DNA of 64,000 bases, from positions 224,001-288,000 of the forward strand of contig OY970223.1 of assembly GCA_963714015.1 (NCBI GenBank), written 5' to 3'. This DNA is from Vulcanimicrobiota bacterium (GTDB taxonomy: Bacteria > Vulcanimicrobiota > Vulcanimicrobiia > Vulcanimicrobiales > Vulcanimicrobiaceae). The notes under the pieces were generated by a model that had not been told where the DNA came from, made no database searches, and was given only the letters and a program-made list of their open reading frames with translations. This document shows positions 13,135 through 22,676 of the stretch, in pieces. Position numbers and translations under genes: made by a program. Position 1 is the stretch's first letter; each line of letters opens with the position of its first letter.

Positions 13135-14427
13135 ATGTATGACGCAGATATGGTTTCCCGGAGGCTCGGACTGCCGGCAATCGCTGCCGGCAGCGTCTCG
13201 GCGGCTGCGCTCGTGTTGGCCCTCCACGGCGCCGACTGGAACTCCGCGGCGCAATCGACGCCCGGAGGAAGCTGGCTGATGTACCAGCAGGTTCCTTCGC
13301 ACAACGCGGTGATCGCCCGGCCCGGTTTCCGGACCAACTGGCTGGCAAAACTGGGCGACCGCATCAACGGCGGGCTCGCCGTTGCCGGCGATACGCTCTA
13401 CGTCGACAGCTTCGACAAAAGACTCTACGCTCTCGATTTGAAAACGGGCGGTGTCCGGTGGAGCGCGCAAGCCGACGACACGCTGATGTCCACGCCGGTA
13501 GTCGACGGCGGCGTCGTGATCGTCGGCACGGGAAACAACGGATTCTTGAAGCCCGACGACGCGGACTCGCAGGTCTGGGGCCGCGCTCAAGGCGACGACA
13601 TTTTAGCGTTCTCGACAGCGGACGGACACCCGATCTGGAAACTGCACACGGCCGGACAGGACATGCCTTCGCCGGCGATCGTGAACGGCGTGGCAATTCT
13701 GGCGAACGGCGATCTGCATGCGTACGCCCTTGACGTTGCGAGCGGAAAGCCGCGCTGGCAAATGCGGTTGCAGGGCGTCGACACAATGGCTTCGGCCAAC
13801 GTTAACGGGGGGAGAGTAATCCTCGAGACGTGTCACAACGCGCCGTACGTGTGCGAAACGAGTGCCCTCGACGTGCGCGACGGCCGCACCCTATGGACGA
13901 ACGAGTACGGCGGAAGCGATTGTTCTCCGACGATCGATTCCGGTCTGATCTTCGTAACGGCAAATCGCGATGATACGCGGCGCTACCACACGGGCGGTTA
14001 CGACATCACTGCGGCGATCGACGAACGAACCGGCCGGACCGTTTGGACGCATGAATCGGAACCCGGGCCGTACACCTTCGTCGGATCGAACGAACGCCAG
14101 ATCGCGGCGACCACCGCAAACGGCGTACTCTACCAGCCAATCGGCAACGCGAACGAACTGATCGCGTTCGGCGAACGCACCGGCCGCGTTTTGTGGAGCG
14201 TCCGTACTGCCGGGGACGTGAAGATGAGTCCGGTGGTCAAAGACGACACTGTGTATTTCGGCGACACGGAAGGCATTTTCTATCGCGTCGACCGCCGAAC
14301 CGGACGCGTCGTTCACATGTCATCGTACCTGCAGCCCTTTGCGACCTCACCGCCGGTTATCGTCGGCGACACGATCTTCGTCGCGGACGGACCGTACGTG
14401 ATCGCGGCTGAAGCGGCGACTATCTGA
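13135..14427 (+). CDS. Secreted PQQ-binding-like beta-propeller repeat protein
   Basis: N-terminal hydrophobic segment; repeated LYALDxxTGxxxW and SPxxxxG blade motifs. Confidence 0.8.
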   Translation: MYDADMVSRRLGLPAIAAGSVSAAALVLALHGADWNSAAQSTPGGSWLMYQQVPSHNAVIARPGFRTNWLAKLGDRINGGLAVAGDTLYVDSFDKRLYALDLKTGGVRWSAQADDTLMSTPVVDGGVVIVGTGNNGFLKPDDADSQVWGRAQGDDILAFSTADGHPIWKLHTAGQDMPSPAIVNGVAILANGDLHAYALDVASGKPRWQMRLQGVDTMASANVNGGRVILETCHNAPYVCETSALDVRDGRTLWTNEYGGSDCSPTIDSGLIFVTANRDDTRRYHTGGYDITAAIDERTGRTVWTHESEPGPYTFVGSNERQIAATTANGVLYQPIGNANELIAFGERTGRVLWSVRTAGDVKMSPVVKDDTVYFGDTEGIFYRVDRRTGRVVHMSSYLQPFATSPPVIVGDTIFVADGPYVIAAEAATI

Positions 14428-14436
14428 TCGCGGTCC

Positions 14437-14454
14437 CTACTAAGACTTTAGTTG
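14437..14454. promoter_or_regulatory. Second, imperfect BlaI-type operator overlapping the -35 box
   Basis: CTACTAA-GACT-TTAGTTG; same arms and 4-nt spacer as the perfect site at 14479-14500. Confidence 0.6.
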
Positions 14455-14480
14455 ACAAGGTTCGCCCGCCGCGGTAGTAT
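14452..14480 (+). promoter_or_regulatory. Sigma70-type promoter of the blaI-M56 operon
   Basis: TTGACA (14452-14457), 17-nt spacer, TAGTAT (14475-14480). Confidence 0.8.
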
Positions 14481-14500
14481 CTACTAAACCATTAGTAGAT
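14479..14500. promoter_or_regulatory. Palindromic operator, likely the BlaI/MecI-family autorepression site
   Basis: Perfect inverted repeat ATCTACTAA-ACCA-TTAGTAGAT over the predicted transcription start, just upstream of blaI. Confidence 0.75.
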
Positions 14501-14517
14501 GACCCGAAAGGACCCCC

Positions 14518-14904
14518 ATGCGGCGAGAAAAACGCAAGCCCCTCACCAAGGCCGAATTGCGCATTATGGACGTGCTCTGGCAGTTGCGCCGGGCTACGGT
14601 CGCCGACGTCGTTGCTGCGCTTGCGCGTCCGCCGCTGGCGTATACCACCGTCCTCACGATGCTGCGCATTCTCGAACAAAAGCGCTTCGTAAGGCACGAA
14701 GCCGGCGTAAAGGCGCACATGTATTTTCCGCTCGTCGAACGCGACGAAGCGGCAAACTCGGCAGTCGGCGACGTCCTCGCCTCCTTCTTTGCGAACAGCA
14801 AAACGGCGCTGGCGCTTCGCTTGATGGCCGATTCGCGCCCGTCCGAAAATGAGCTGCACGAGATCAAGGCGTTGATCGCGCGCTTCGAGGAGGGCCAATC
14901 ATGA
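14518..14904 (+). CDS. BlaI/MecI/CopY-family transcriptional repressor
   Basis: LTKAELRIMDVLW, LAYTTVLTMLRILEQK and YFPLV motifs. Confidence 0.93.
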   Translation: MRREKRKPLTKAELRIMDVLWQLRRATVADVVAALARPPLAYTTVLTMLRILEQKRFVRHEAGVKAHMYFPLVERDEAANSAVGDVLASFFANSKTALALRLMADSRPSENELHEIKALIARFEEGQS

Positions 14905-16821
14905 ACGCCTCCCTCGATTCCGCGGTACAGTTTGCGTTTTCGGTGCTCTTGAACAGCCTCTGGGAAGGAATCGCAATCGCGCTGTTATGCGCGGCGATTC
15001 TGCGGTTTACGCGTGCCACGAACGCGACGACACGGGCGAGCGTTCTTACGGGCGCCTTGCTAGCCTGCGCCGTGCTGCCGTTCGCAACGGCGTTCATCAC
15101 CATCGGAATTCATGCGCCGGCGAAGGTTTCTCAAACATCGTCGCACATAACGGTTTCTCCCCGGCGCGAAACTTCCGCGCTGAAAGCGTACCCGGTGCAA
15201 GGCGTGCAAGGCATGAACGGCGATGCAACCGTTCCTTTCCGGCGCATGCAGATAAACATTCCGCGCATTGCGATCGTCACGATCGTCGGCTTGTGGCTTC
15301 TCGCCGCACTCGTTGCGCTGGTACGCTTGACGATCAGCCTATTGCATTTGGAGCGGCTGAAGCACGATGCGCTCCCGCTCGCCGTCGATTACCGTTCGCA
15401 CATGTCACGCTGGACGCAAGCATCCAAAGGCGGTCGCGGCGTACGGCTTTGCCGCTCTCCCGAAATCGCGGTGCCGATTGCCGTTGGCCTGTTCGACGCA
15501 ATGATTCTCGTTCCCGAAACGCTGATTGAGGAACTCAGCCCCGAAGACGTCGACCGCATTCTGCTTCACGAGCTGGCGCATTTGCGCCGCGGCGACGACT
15601 GGATCAACGCAATCGAGCGGATCACCCAAGCCCTTTTCTTCTTCAATCCCGGCATTCAATGGATCGTTGGGCAACTCGATCTCGAACGGGAAGTCGTCTG
15701 CGACGATTGGGTCTTGAACCAAACGACGGAGATTCATCAGTACGCTACGTGCCTTGCCCGCGTGGCCGAGATAACGGCGTGGCCGTATCGCGCCATGAGC
15801 GCGCCGGGCGCGTTCGTTACGCGGCGCAGCATGTCGATTCGCGTCGAGCGCTTGCTCCAAGCCGGACGCGACATTCGCACCAGCACGTCGCCTGGGTCCC
15901 GCCGGCCTAGCCTTGTCGATATTTGCTGCATTGTGTATCGCGGCCGCGTTCGTCTCGCCCTCAATCGCATACACGACCACAGAAGCGCACGCCACGCACG
16001 TCGCCCCAACGTTCGTCGCGCTCGAACATTTCACCGCATTTCCCAAAGGCTCCGTAACTCCGGCGAGCCTCTTCGCGAAGGTGAACAAAACGCTGCTAAA
16101 GAGCGCCGTGGTCGCGGAAGCACCTTCCGGTGATTACATCGACGATCTCGCGGCCGCCGGATATCGCAACCTCTCAATGGACGAGCTGATCAAACTCAAG
16201 AGCGTCGGCGTCAGTGCCGGCTACATTCGAGGATTGGAAGACGCCGGTTTGACGCATCCATCCGTGGAAGATCTGGCAGGCTTGGCAAGTCTCAACGTGA
16301 CGCCCGATTACGTTCGTGCGATGCGCCGTCTGTTTCCGGACGTTTCGGCGCACGATCTCGAAGGGCTCAAAGCGGTCGGGGTAGACGGTACATACATCGA
16401 CGCGCTGCGCTCTGCAGGGTATTCCGGGCTGACCGCCGATGAAGTCGAAGGCCTTCGCGCCGTCGGCGTCGACGCATCGTATATCGCCGAGATGCGCGCC
16501 AGATTCGGAAACCTCTCGCCTAAGGATCTCGAGAGCATGCGATCCGTCGGAGTAACGCCGGGCTACGTCGATTCCTTGCGCGGTTACGGCATGCAGAATT
16601 TGTCAGCGCCGGATTTTACGTCGCTTCGCGCTCTGGGAGTAGATGGCGCTTATGTCAAGGCCATGCGCGACGCGGGATACCCGAATCTCTCAAAGTCCGA
16701 TCTCGAACAATGCCGCGCGCTGGGTATCGATGGAGCCTTCATTCGCGAGGCTGCGGCGCATGGCTTTCACAATCTGACGATCCATCAACTCGTGCGTCTA
16801 AAGGCCAGCGGCCTACTCTGA
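14901..16821 (+). CDS. M56-family (BlaR1-like) metallopeptidase with a C-terminal helical repeat domain; 1-nt insertion near 15891
   Basis: TM segments, HELAH zinc motif, FFFNP, EREVVCDD and RVERLL; continues in the 15913-16821 frame with a TM helix and repeats. Confidence 0.85.
16132..16818 (+). repeat. Eight tandem ~28-29 aa protein repeats (YIxxLxxAGYxxLSxxDLxxLRAVGVD)
   Basis: Visible directly in the translation of 15913-16821; degenerate at DNA level. Confidence 0.85.
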
Positions 16822-16843
16822 AACGACCCTAAGATAGGCGCCA

Positions 16844-18364
16844 TTATCGCGGCGTCGCTTCGATCGGTGCAATAACGCGCAAGACGTTCGGAATTCCCGC
16901 ACTGACGAGTTTCAGTTTCAAGCCCGGCACGCTTCGCTGTTCGGCGACGACGTAAGTCGTGTGCCGCCGAGCCAAAAACCGGATCGTTGCAACCGAGGGT
17001 TTGATCTCCGCAGCGACGGCCCGGCGCGCGCCGAAATCGTGCACGACGTATGCGTGATACGCCAGCGGCGTCACATAGATCCAAGGTGCGACGATCACTG
17101 CGTTATCGGGCGTAACCGCGACTACGCGCTGAAAGTAGCGGTGCGCTGCCGGATTTTCAGGTCGGTGCGGCCATCCATCGCCCCAGAGTTGAAGCACCAC
17201 GATCGAAAGCGCGGCCGCAATCGCTGCTTCACGCAGCCCCGGTCTCAAGCGGTTCAAATTCTCGCAGACGGCTTGCAGTCCCAAGCCGATCAAGAGCGCG
17301 GTTATCCATAGCGGCGTCATCACGTACCGCGTTTTGTCTGCTTCTTCCAAATACGCGTAGGCGAACGGAATGAAGAGCGCTCCGCAGAGTAGCGTTGCGC
17401 CGGCCAGAACGCCGCTCTTTCTCCAAAAGGCTGCCATTCCAGCCAAAGCAAACGCGGTGATGACGTAACCGAACTGCTCGGCTTCGAGGTTTGCAAACGC
17501 GCTAAAATACTTCGGGTAGCCGTTTGGGCGCAACATTCCGAGGATGCCGGCTTCTTTGTTGAACTGCGCTCCGGAAACCATCCACAGGAAGTTGCTCAAC
17601 ACCGCGGGATGCCCGTAGTCCCAAAACGGCCGTCCGGCCGGAAGACCGAGCGCGAGGTTCGGATCGATCCTTTCTGCGGTGACGATTGCGCTTCTAATGG
17701 GCAGATACGCGTACAGAAGCAGGGGCAGCACGAGCAATGCGAATGCCCACCCAAAGCGCGCCGCGTCCAACGACTTGCGGTTTGCCGGAGCGACGATTAA
17801 AAACGCGGGAAGAAGCCACATCGCCACGGGATGCGTAGCAAGAGCGAGCCCTTCGAACAGGCAGCTCAGAAGAAGATCGCGGACTCGCGATGCCGTCGCC
17901 CAGCGGTACAAAAACAATAAAGCCAACGACTCGAAAGCCAGGGCGAGTGTGTGGACCTCGGCTCGAATCGTGTAAGTAACGATAACCGGTCCGAACGCAA
18001 AAGCCAAAGCCGAGAGCGCGGCGGCAATTGCATTTACCCCAAGCGCGCGCAGCGATGCGTAGAGCGCCGCGCACGCTACGCCCACGCAAATGCCGGAAAA
18101 GAGCGACATCCTGAAGGCAACGGTGCCTATTGCCGCTGCGTGCGAAAACAAGAAACCGAGCAAGACGTATGCCGGAAACCCGGTTGGGTGCGCGATTCCC
18201 AGAATGTACGGGACGGTTTGGAACTCGCCGGTGTCCCAAAACTTCACTTCATGCTGTCCCCACACGCAGCAGATCAGCACGGGAACCAAAAACGATGCGC
18301 ACAATAGACCCGCGTCGAGCGCTCGCCGAAGATTTGAGCCTACGGGAACGCCGCTGCTACCCAA
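16844..18364 (-). CDS. DUF2723/TMEM260-like GT-C membrane protein (putative protein O-glycosyltransferase)
   Basis: WDTGEFQTVPYILGIAHPTGFPAY, AEVHTL and LYAYLPIRS motifs; many TM helices. Confidence 0.75.
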   Translation of the reverse strand: MGSSGVPVGSNLRRALDAGLLCASFLVPVLICCVWGQHEVKFWDTGEFQTVPYILGIAHPTGFPAYVLLGFLFSHAAAIGTVAFRMSLFSGICVGVACAALYASLRALGVNAIAAALSALAFAFGPVIVTYTIRAEVHTLALAFESLALLFLYRWATASRVRDLLLSCLFEGLALATHPVAMWLLPAFLIVAPANRKSLDAARFGWAFALLVLPLLLYAYLPIRSAIVTAERIDPNLALGLPAGRPFWDYGHPAVLSNFLWMVSGAQFNKEAGILGMLRPNGYPKYFSAFANLEAEQFGYVITAFALAGMAAFWRKSGVLAGATLLCGALFIPFAYAYLEEADKTRYVMTPLWITALLIGLGLQAVCENLNRLRPGLREAAIAAALSIVVLQLWGDGWPHRPENPAAHRYFQRVVAVTPDNAVIVAPWIYVTPLAYHAYVVHDFGARRAVAAEIKPSVATIRFLARRHTTYVVAEQRSVPGLKLKLVSAGIPNVLRVIAPIEATPR

Positions 18365-19230
18365 GCGCGGCTTTGTCGCGCAGATAATTTGCTATGCCGT
18401 CACGCCAGCCGGGCATAGCAATTCCAATCGCGCGCAGCTTGGCGTTTTCAAGCGCCGAAAACTCAGGCCGCCGCACGCGCGAATTCCATTCTCGGTACGA
18501 GATGGGCTCGACGGCACAATCGATTCCCGCTTGCCGAAGCGCTTCGGATGCAAAATCGAACCAGGTAACCGGGCCTTCATCTACGGCGTGATACACACCG
18601 GGCGGAGCGCCGCGCGCCGAGGAGCTGCAGCACGGCTGCTGCGAGGTCGCCCGCATACGTGGGAGAGACGGTTTGATCGCGTACGATGCGCAACTTTTCA
18701 CCGGCGCGCGCTTGCGTGATGACTCGATCCACGAACGTGTAGCCTTTGGTCGGACTGAAGTGCGTACCGTATACCCCGCACGTCCGTATCACGTAGGCAT
18801 TCGAACGCAGCCGTTCGACGAGAAGCTCGCCGGCGTACTTGGAGGCTGCGTAGACACTCAGCGGATGCGGCGGATCGCTCTCGACGTACGAGCGCCCCAG
18901 CGTTCCGTCGAACACGTAGTCGGTGCTGAACGTTACGAAAATCGTGCCGGCTTGCGCGCAGCGCTCCGCAATCGCGTTCACGGCGAGGGCATTCGCTTCG
19001 AACGCGGCCGCGGGCTCGACTTCGCAGCGTTCGACGTTATGAAACGCCGCACAATTCACCACGACGTCCGCCCGCGCGGACTCGATCGCGCGACCGATCG
19101 CCTCCCGGTCGGTAATGTCGATCTCGCCGTGGTTCGGGCTGACAATCTGCAATTCAGTCCAACGACGCCGGATCTCGGATCCGAGTTGACCGGAGCCGCC
19201 GAACAGGAGCACGCGCCGCGCTGAAGCCAC
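18357..19230 (-). CDS. rfbD: dTDP-4-dehydrorhamnose reductase, split by a 1-nt insertion near 18617
   Basis: GGSGQLG, STDYVFDG, YAASKYAGE and DQTVSPT, then GVYH...TWFDFA...RPEFSAL in the next frame. Confidence 0.88.
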
Positions 19231-19234
19231 TGCG

Positions 19235-20498
19235 CTAAATATCCTTCAGCGGCACGGCGAACACGTAACCTTTCTTGCTTCCGATGATGAGCGTTTTTCC
19301 GACGACTATGGGAGAACCGACGTTGAATCCGTCCGGCATGCGTTTGCGGCCCAAAGGTCTGCCGCGTGCCGCATCGACCGCCCAAAGCATTCCGCTCTCG
19401 TCGCCGAAATAGATCTCGCCGCCGACCGCGGCAATGCCGCCTTTCGCCGGTGCGTCGATTTTCAGCTGCCCATCGGCGCTTTCCGGTCCGCGTGTCCAAC
19501 GCAAACATTTGCGGGACGACGGCGCTGCCCAGATACATGGTTCCGTCGTAAATCATCGGAATCGAAGCGGTGTTGTTTATCGGAACGACTCCGCGCGCGA
19601 GCGGCACGTCCCACAAAACCCTGCCGGTGACGCCGTCCAGCGCGTAAGCATGCTCGATTCCCGGCGTCGTGTATCCTACGAAATCATATTTGCTGCCGGC
19701 GGGATGCGCCAAGTACATCGCATAGATATTGCGGCCGTCGCTCGCCGGCGGACAGTCGTCGAAAGACGCGTCCCGATCGGAGAAGTGCGTTCGCCAAAGC
19801 ACCTTGCCCGTCAAGCCGTCGAACGCGAGCACGTCGTTCGGATAGTCGCCCGAAGTCACGACCGCATCGCCGCGAAAGTTGTTTGCCGCCGCCATGGTCG
19901 CGGTCGAACGCAGATATTCGCGCCAGCGATACTTTCCGTCGTTCGCATCGAGCGCGAAGAGCATCCCCGACGCATCGTGGTGCACGTACATCCCGCCGAC
20001 TATCGCGCCGGTCGGCATGGCGCTGCCCGGCACGAAGAACCGCCATTGCTGCTTGCCGGTGGCCTTGTCTACGCCGATGATGCTGTTGGAGCCGGAACCC
20101 AGCAGCAGGTAATCGTTCGGTGAGAAGTTGGTCCCGTAGTTGTTGCCTTCGGCGACGATGACGGTGTTCTTGATGACGAGCGGCGCGGTCATCAAATCGT
20201 TTGACGCGGTATATTTCCATATCAGCCGGCCCGAGAGCAGATCCAGAGCGTAGAGCGAGCGGTCATTGCTTGCCACGAAGACGGTCCGGCCGGAGATGGT
20301 CGGGCTCGACGAGATTCCGCCGCCGGTCTTGAACGTCCAGCGAACCGCAATGTCGCTGCCGGTCGCGACGACGGCGTTGAGTTCCGGGTTCAGGCGGAAC
20401 GCGCGCCATTCTTCGGGCAGTTGGGACGGCGCACTGGAGGCGCAGGCCGTGAGCGCCATGGCGAACGCGGCGGCCAGACGGAACAGGCTCCTCATCAT
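19235..20498 (-). CDS. PQQ-binding-like beta-propeller lipoprotein, split by a 1-nt insertion near 19469
   Basis: Lipobox LTAC; repeated ALDxxTGxxxW blades; the last blades lie in the 19235-19504 frame. Confidence 0.8.
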
Positions 20499-20543
20499 GC
20501 GGCTTAATCGGCGCAGGGCCGCGGATTACCCTCGGCCCGCCCC

Positions 20544-20571
20544 TGTAACAAACGCCTGCCCCGAGCGGTAG
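20544..20571 (+). promoter_or_regulatory. Candidate ECF autoregulatory promoter
   Basis: TGTAAC-N16-CGGTAG about 30 nt upstream of the ECF sigma start; resembles AAC/CGT-type ECF promoters. Confidence 0.4.
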
Positions 20572-20601
20572 AACCCCTCAGAAATCCGAACTCAAAGGAG
20601 T

Positions 20602-21246
20602 ATGGTCATCGGAGAGCAGAGCGACGAGGCTCTGGTGCGGCGGGTCCGTAACGGCGAGCGCGAGCTCTTCTCCGTCTTGGTCGACCGTTACAAGCGTGGC
20701 ATTGCAAGTTTCATCAGCGCCGCCGTCCGGTGCCCCTCGGACGTTGCCGATCTCTCGCAGGAGACGTTTCTGCGGGCGTACGCCCACCTGGAGACTTTCA
20801 ATCCCTCGCTCGGAAAATTCTCGACCTGGATCTATCAGATTGCGCGCAACGTCGTGCGCACGCACTTGGGGAAAGCCCAGCGCCGCGTTGCGACTCAAGA
20901 GCTTCCCGAGGACCAGACACTCGAAAATGCCCTTCCCGACCTTTCACGCGACGCCGATCCGGCCGGCGGCGTCCTTCGCGAAGAAGCGGAGCGCGAATTG
21001 CGCCAAGCGCTCGCGGAGTTGCCGGAGCGGACGCGCACGGTGCTAGCGCTGCGCTATTACAACAACATGGAATACCACACAATTGCCAGTACGCTGGGAC
21101 TCTCGCTGGGCAACGTCAAGACGTTGATCCATCGGGGAAAGATTGCGCTCGCTCAAAAGATGCGCCAGCTCGAAGAGGCGCAAGCCCGGACAACACCCGA
21201 CGTTTCGCCCGACAAAGGAGGTGCACGTGCGCTGCTCGTCCTGTGA
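20602..21246 (+). CDS. ECF RNA polymerase sigma factor
   Basis: DLSQETFLRAY, FSTWIYQIARN and region 4 IASTLGLSLGNVKTLIHRG; RBS AAGGAG. Confidence 0.95.
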   Translation: MVIGEQSDEALVRRVRNGERELFSVLVDRYKRGIASFISAAVRCPSDVADLSQETFLRAYAHLETFNPSLGKFSTWIYQIARNVVRTHLGKAQRRVATQELPEDQTLENALPDLSRDADPAGGVLREEAERELRQALAELPERTRTVLALRYYNNMEYHTIASTLGLSLGNVKTLIHRGKIALAQKMRQLEEAQARTTPDVSPDKGGARALLVL

Positions 21247-21787
21247 ACCTCTGCTCGATCGCTACATCGAGTGCACGCTGACTGCGCGGCAGATGCGCGA
21301 CGTCTCTACTCATTTGCGCACGTGTAAATCGTGTAGCGCCTTGCTGGAGGAGCTGCGCGCCGTCGACGGACTGCTGTTTACGACGACGGTGCCCGATCTG
21401 CCGGAGAACTTCACCTTTGCGGTGATGGCCGAAGTCAATTCGATGCCCGCGCCGCGCGCGCGGCAGCATCCGGTTTGGAGCTTCTTGGCGCTGTACTCCG
21501 CAGCGGCGTGGGTTGCCGCGGTACTCGGCATCGCGTATACCGGCACGAGTCCGCGCACGCTGCTCGAGGCAATCTATCGCGCGCTCGCCGCGGCGGGCGG
21601 CGGTTTCGAGCACCTTGCGGCGGCCGCCGCGCACAGCATGGGGCAAAGCACGCCGGCCTTAGCGGCGTTCGGCGCCGGATTGCTGGTCCTGGATGCGGCC
21701 GTCGCGGCGGCAATCGCCGCCGTCTATTTCGTCATTCGCCCGCGCCTCGCAGCGCGGCTGGCATCGGTTTCGGAGGCCTCGTCATGA
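21227..21787 (+). CDS. zf-HC2 (ZAS) membrane anti-sigma factor
   Basis: GTG start after AAGGAGG; HxxxCxxC (HLRTCKSC) followed by TM helices. Confidence 0.88.
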   Translation: MRCSSCEPLLDRYIECTLTARQMRDVSTHLRTCKSCSALLEELRAVDGLLFTTTVPDLPENFTFAVMAEVNSMPAPRARQHPVWSFLALYSAAAWVAAVLGIAYTGTSPRTLLEAIYRALAAAGGGFEHLAAAAAHSMGQSTPALAAFGAGLLVLDAAVAAAIAAVYFVIRPRLAARLASVSEASS

Positions 21788-22638
21788 GATATGTCGTTTT
21801 GCTCGCAATTGTCGCTTGCGTCTTTATCGCTTCGCTCGGGCACGCGTCCGCAAGTTCGCCGCAGACGATCGATCATGGGGGGACGTACTGGACGAGCGTC
21901 TACGTCGGTCCGGATCAAGAGGTCCAGGGCAGCATTACCGTCTTCAACGGCGACGCCGACATCGCGGGCACCGTGGACGGCGACGTCGACGTGTACGGCG
22001 GCACGGTCCGGGAAGAGAACGGATCGGTAATCACGGGACAAGTGCACGAATATGGTTCTTCGTGGGCCAATGCGATGCCGTGGGTTCCGTCCATGGGCAT
22101 GCGCGCGATGGCGGCGGAGAACGCAAAAATGATGACGCTGCTCGCCTACAGCGTGATCGTGTTGCTGGTGTTCCTGATCTTTCCGGTGCGCGTGCGCACG
22201 GCGCTCGACCGCGTGGAGCATCACCCGGGTCTTTCCGCAGCCGTTGGGGCCGTCGCGCTGGTTGCAAGCGTGCCGATCGCGGTGCTGCTCTTCATCAGCT
22301 TCGTCGGATGGCCGCTCTTGCCGCTCGAGTTCGTCGCGTACGTTGCAGGCGTCCTGATCGGTCAGGCCGCTCTCGGTATCCTGATCGGACGGCGTCTGAT
22401 GGAACTGGTCCATCCGCACACGACGCCCTCGCCGCTTGCGGCGCTGATTCTGGGACTGGTCGTCATCAGCGCAGCCGAGATTCTTCCGGTAGTCGGCTTC
22501 GTCGTAACGGCACTCGTCGCGCTCGTTGGTCTGGGAGCCGCTGTACTCGCGTTCATTCGCGAGACCGCGTTCATGGGAGCAGGCGGTGCTCCGCAAGCGC
22601 GGCCGCCCATCGGCGGACCGCCGATGACCGCCGCATAA
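21784..22638 (+). CDS. Membrane protein with an N-terminal bactofilin/polymer-forming-like beta-helix
   Basis: Signal-like N terminus, repeats GSITVFNGDADIAGTVDGDVDVYGG, then about 5 TM helices; ATGA overlap with the anti-sigma gene. Confidence 0.7.
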   Translation: MRYVVLLAIVACVFIASLGHASASSPQTIDHGGTYWTSVYVGPDQEVQGSITVFNGDADIAGTVDGDVDVYGGTVREENGSVITGQVHEYGSSWANAMPWVPSMGMRAMAAENAKMMTLLAYSVIVLLVFLIFPVRVRTALDRVEHHPGLSAAVGAVALVASVPIAVLLFISFVGWPLLPLEFVAYVAGVLIGQAALGILIGRRLMELVHPHTTPSPLAALILGLVVISAAEILPVVGFVVTALVALVGLGAAVLAFIRETAFMGAGGAPQARPPIGGPPMTAA

Positions 22639-22676
22639 GCGGGCCCCTCCCCGATTTCGGGGAATACGGCTAGCGT

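Noticed and set aside
16132..16818. Periodic sequence as a CRISPR array or DNA tandem repeat
   Set aside because: The repeats are conserved at protein level only and lie inside a CDS; there are no identical repeats with spacers and no cas genes.
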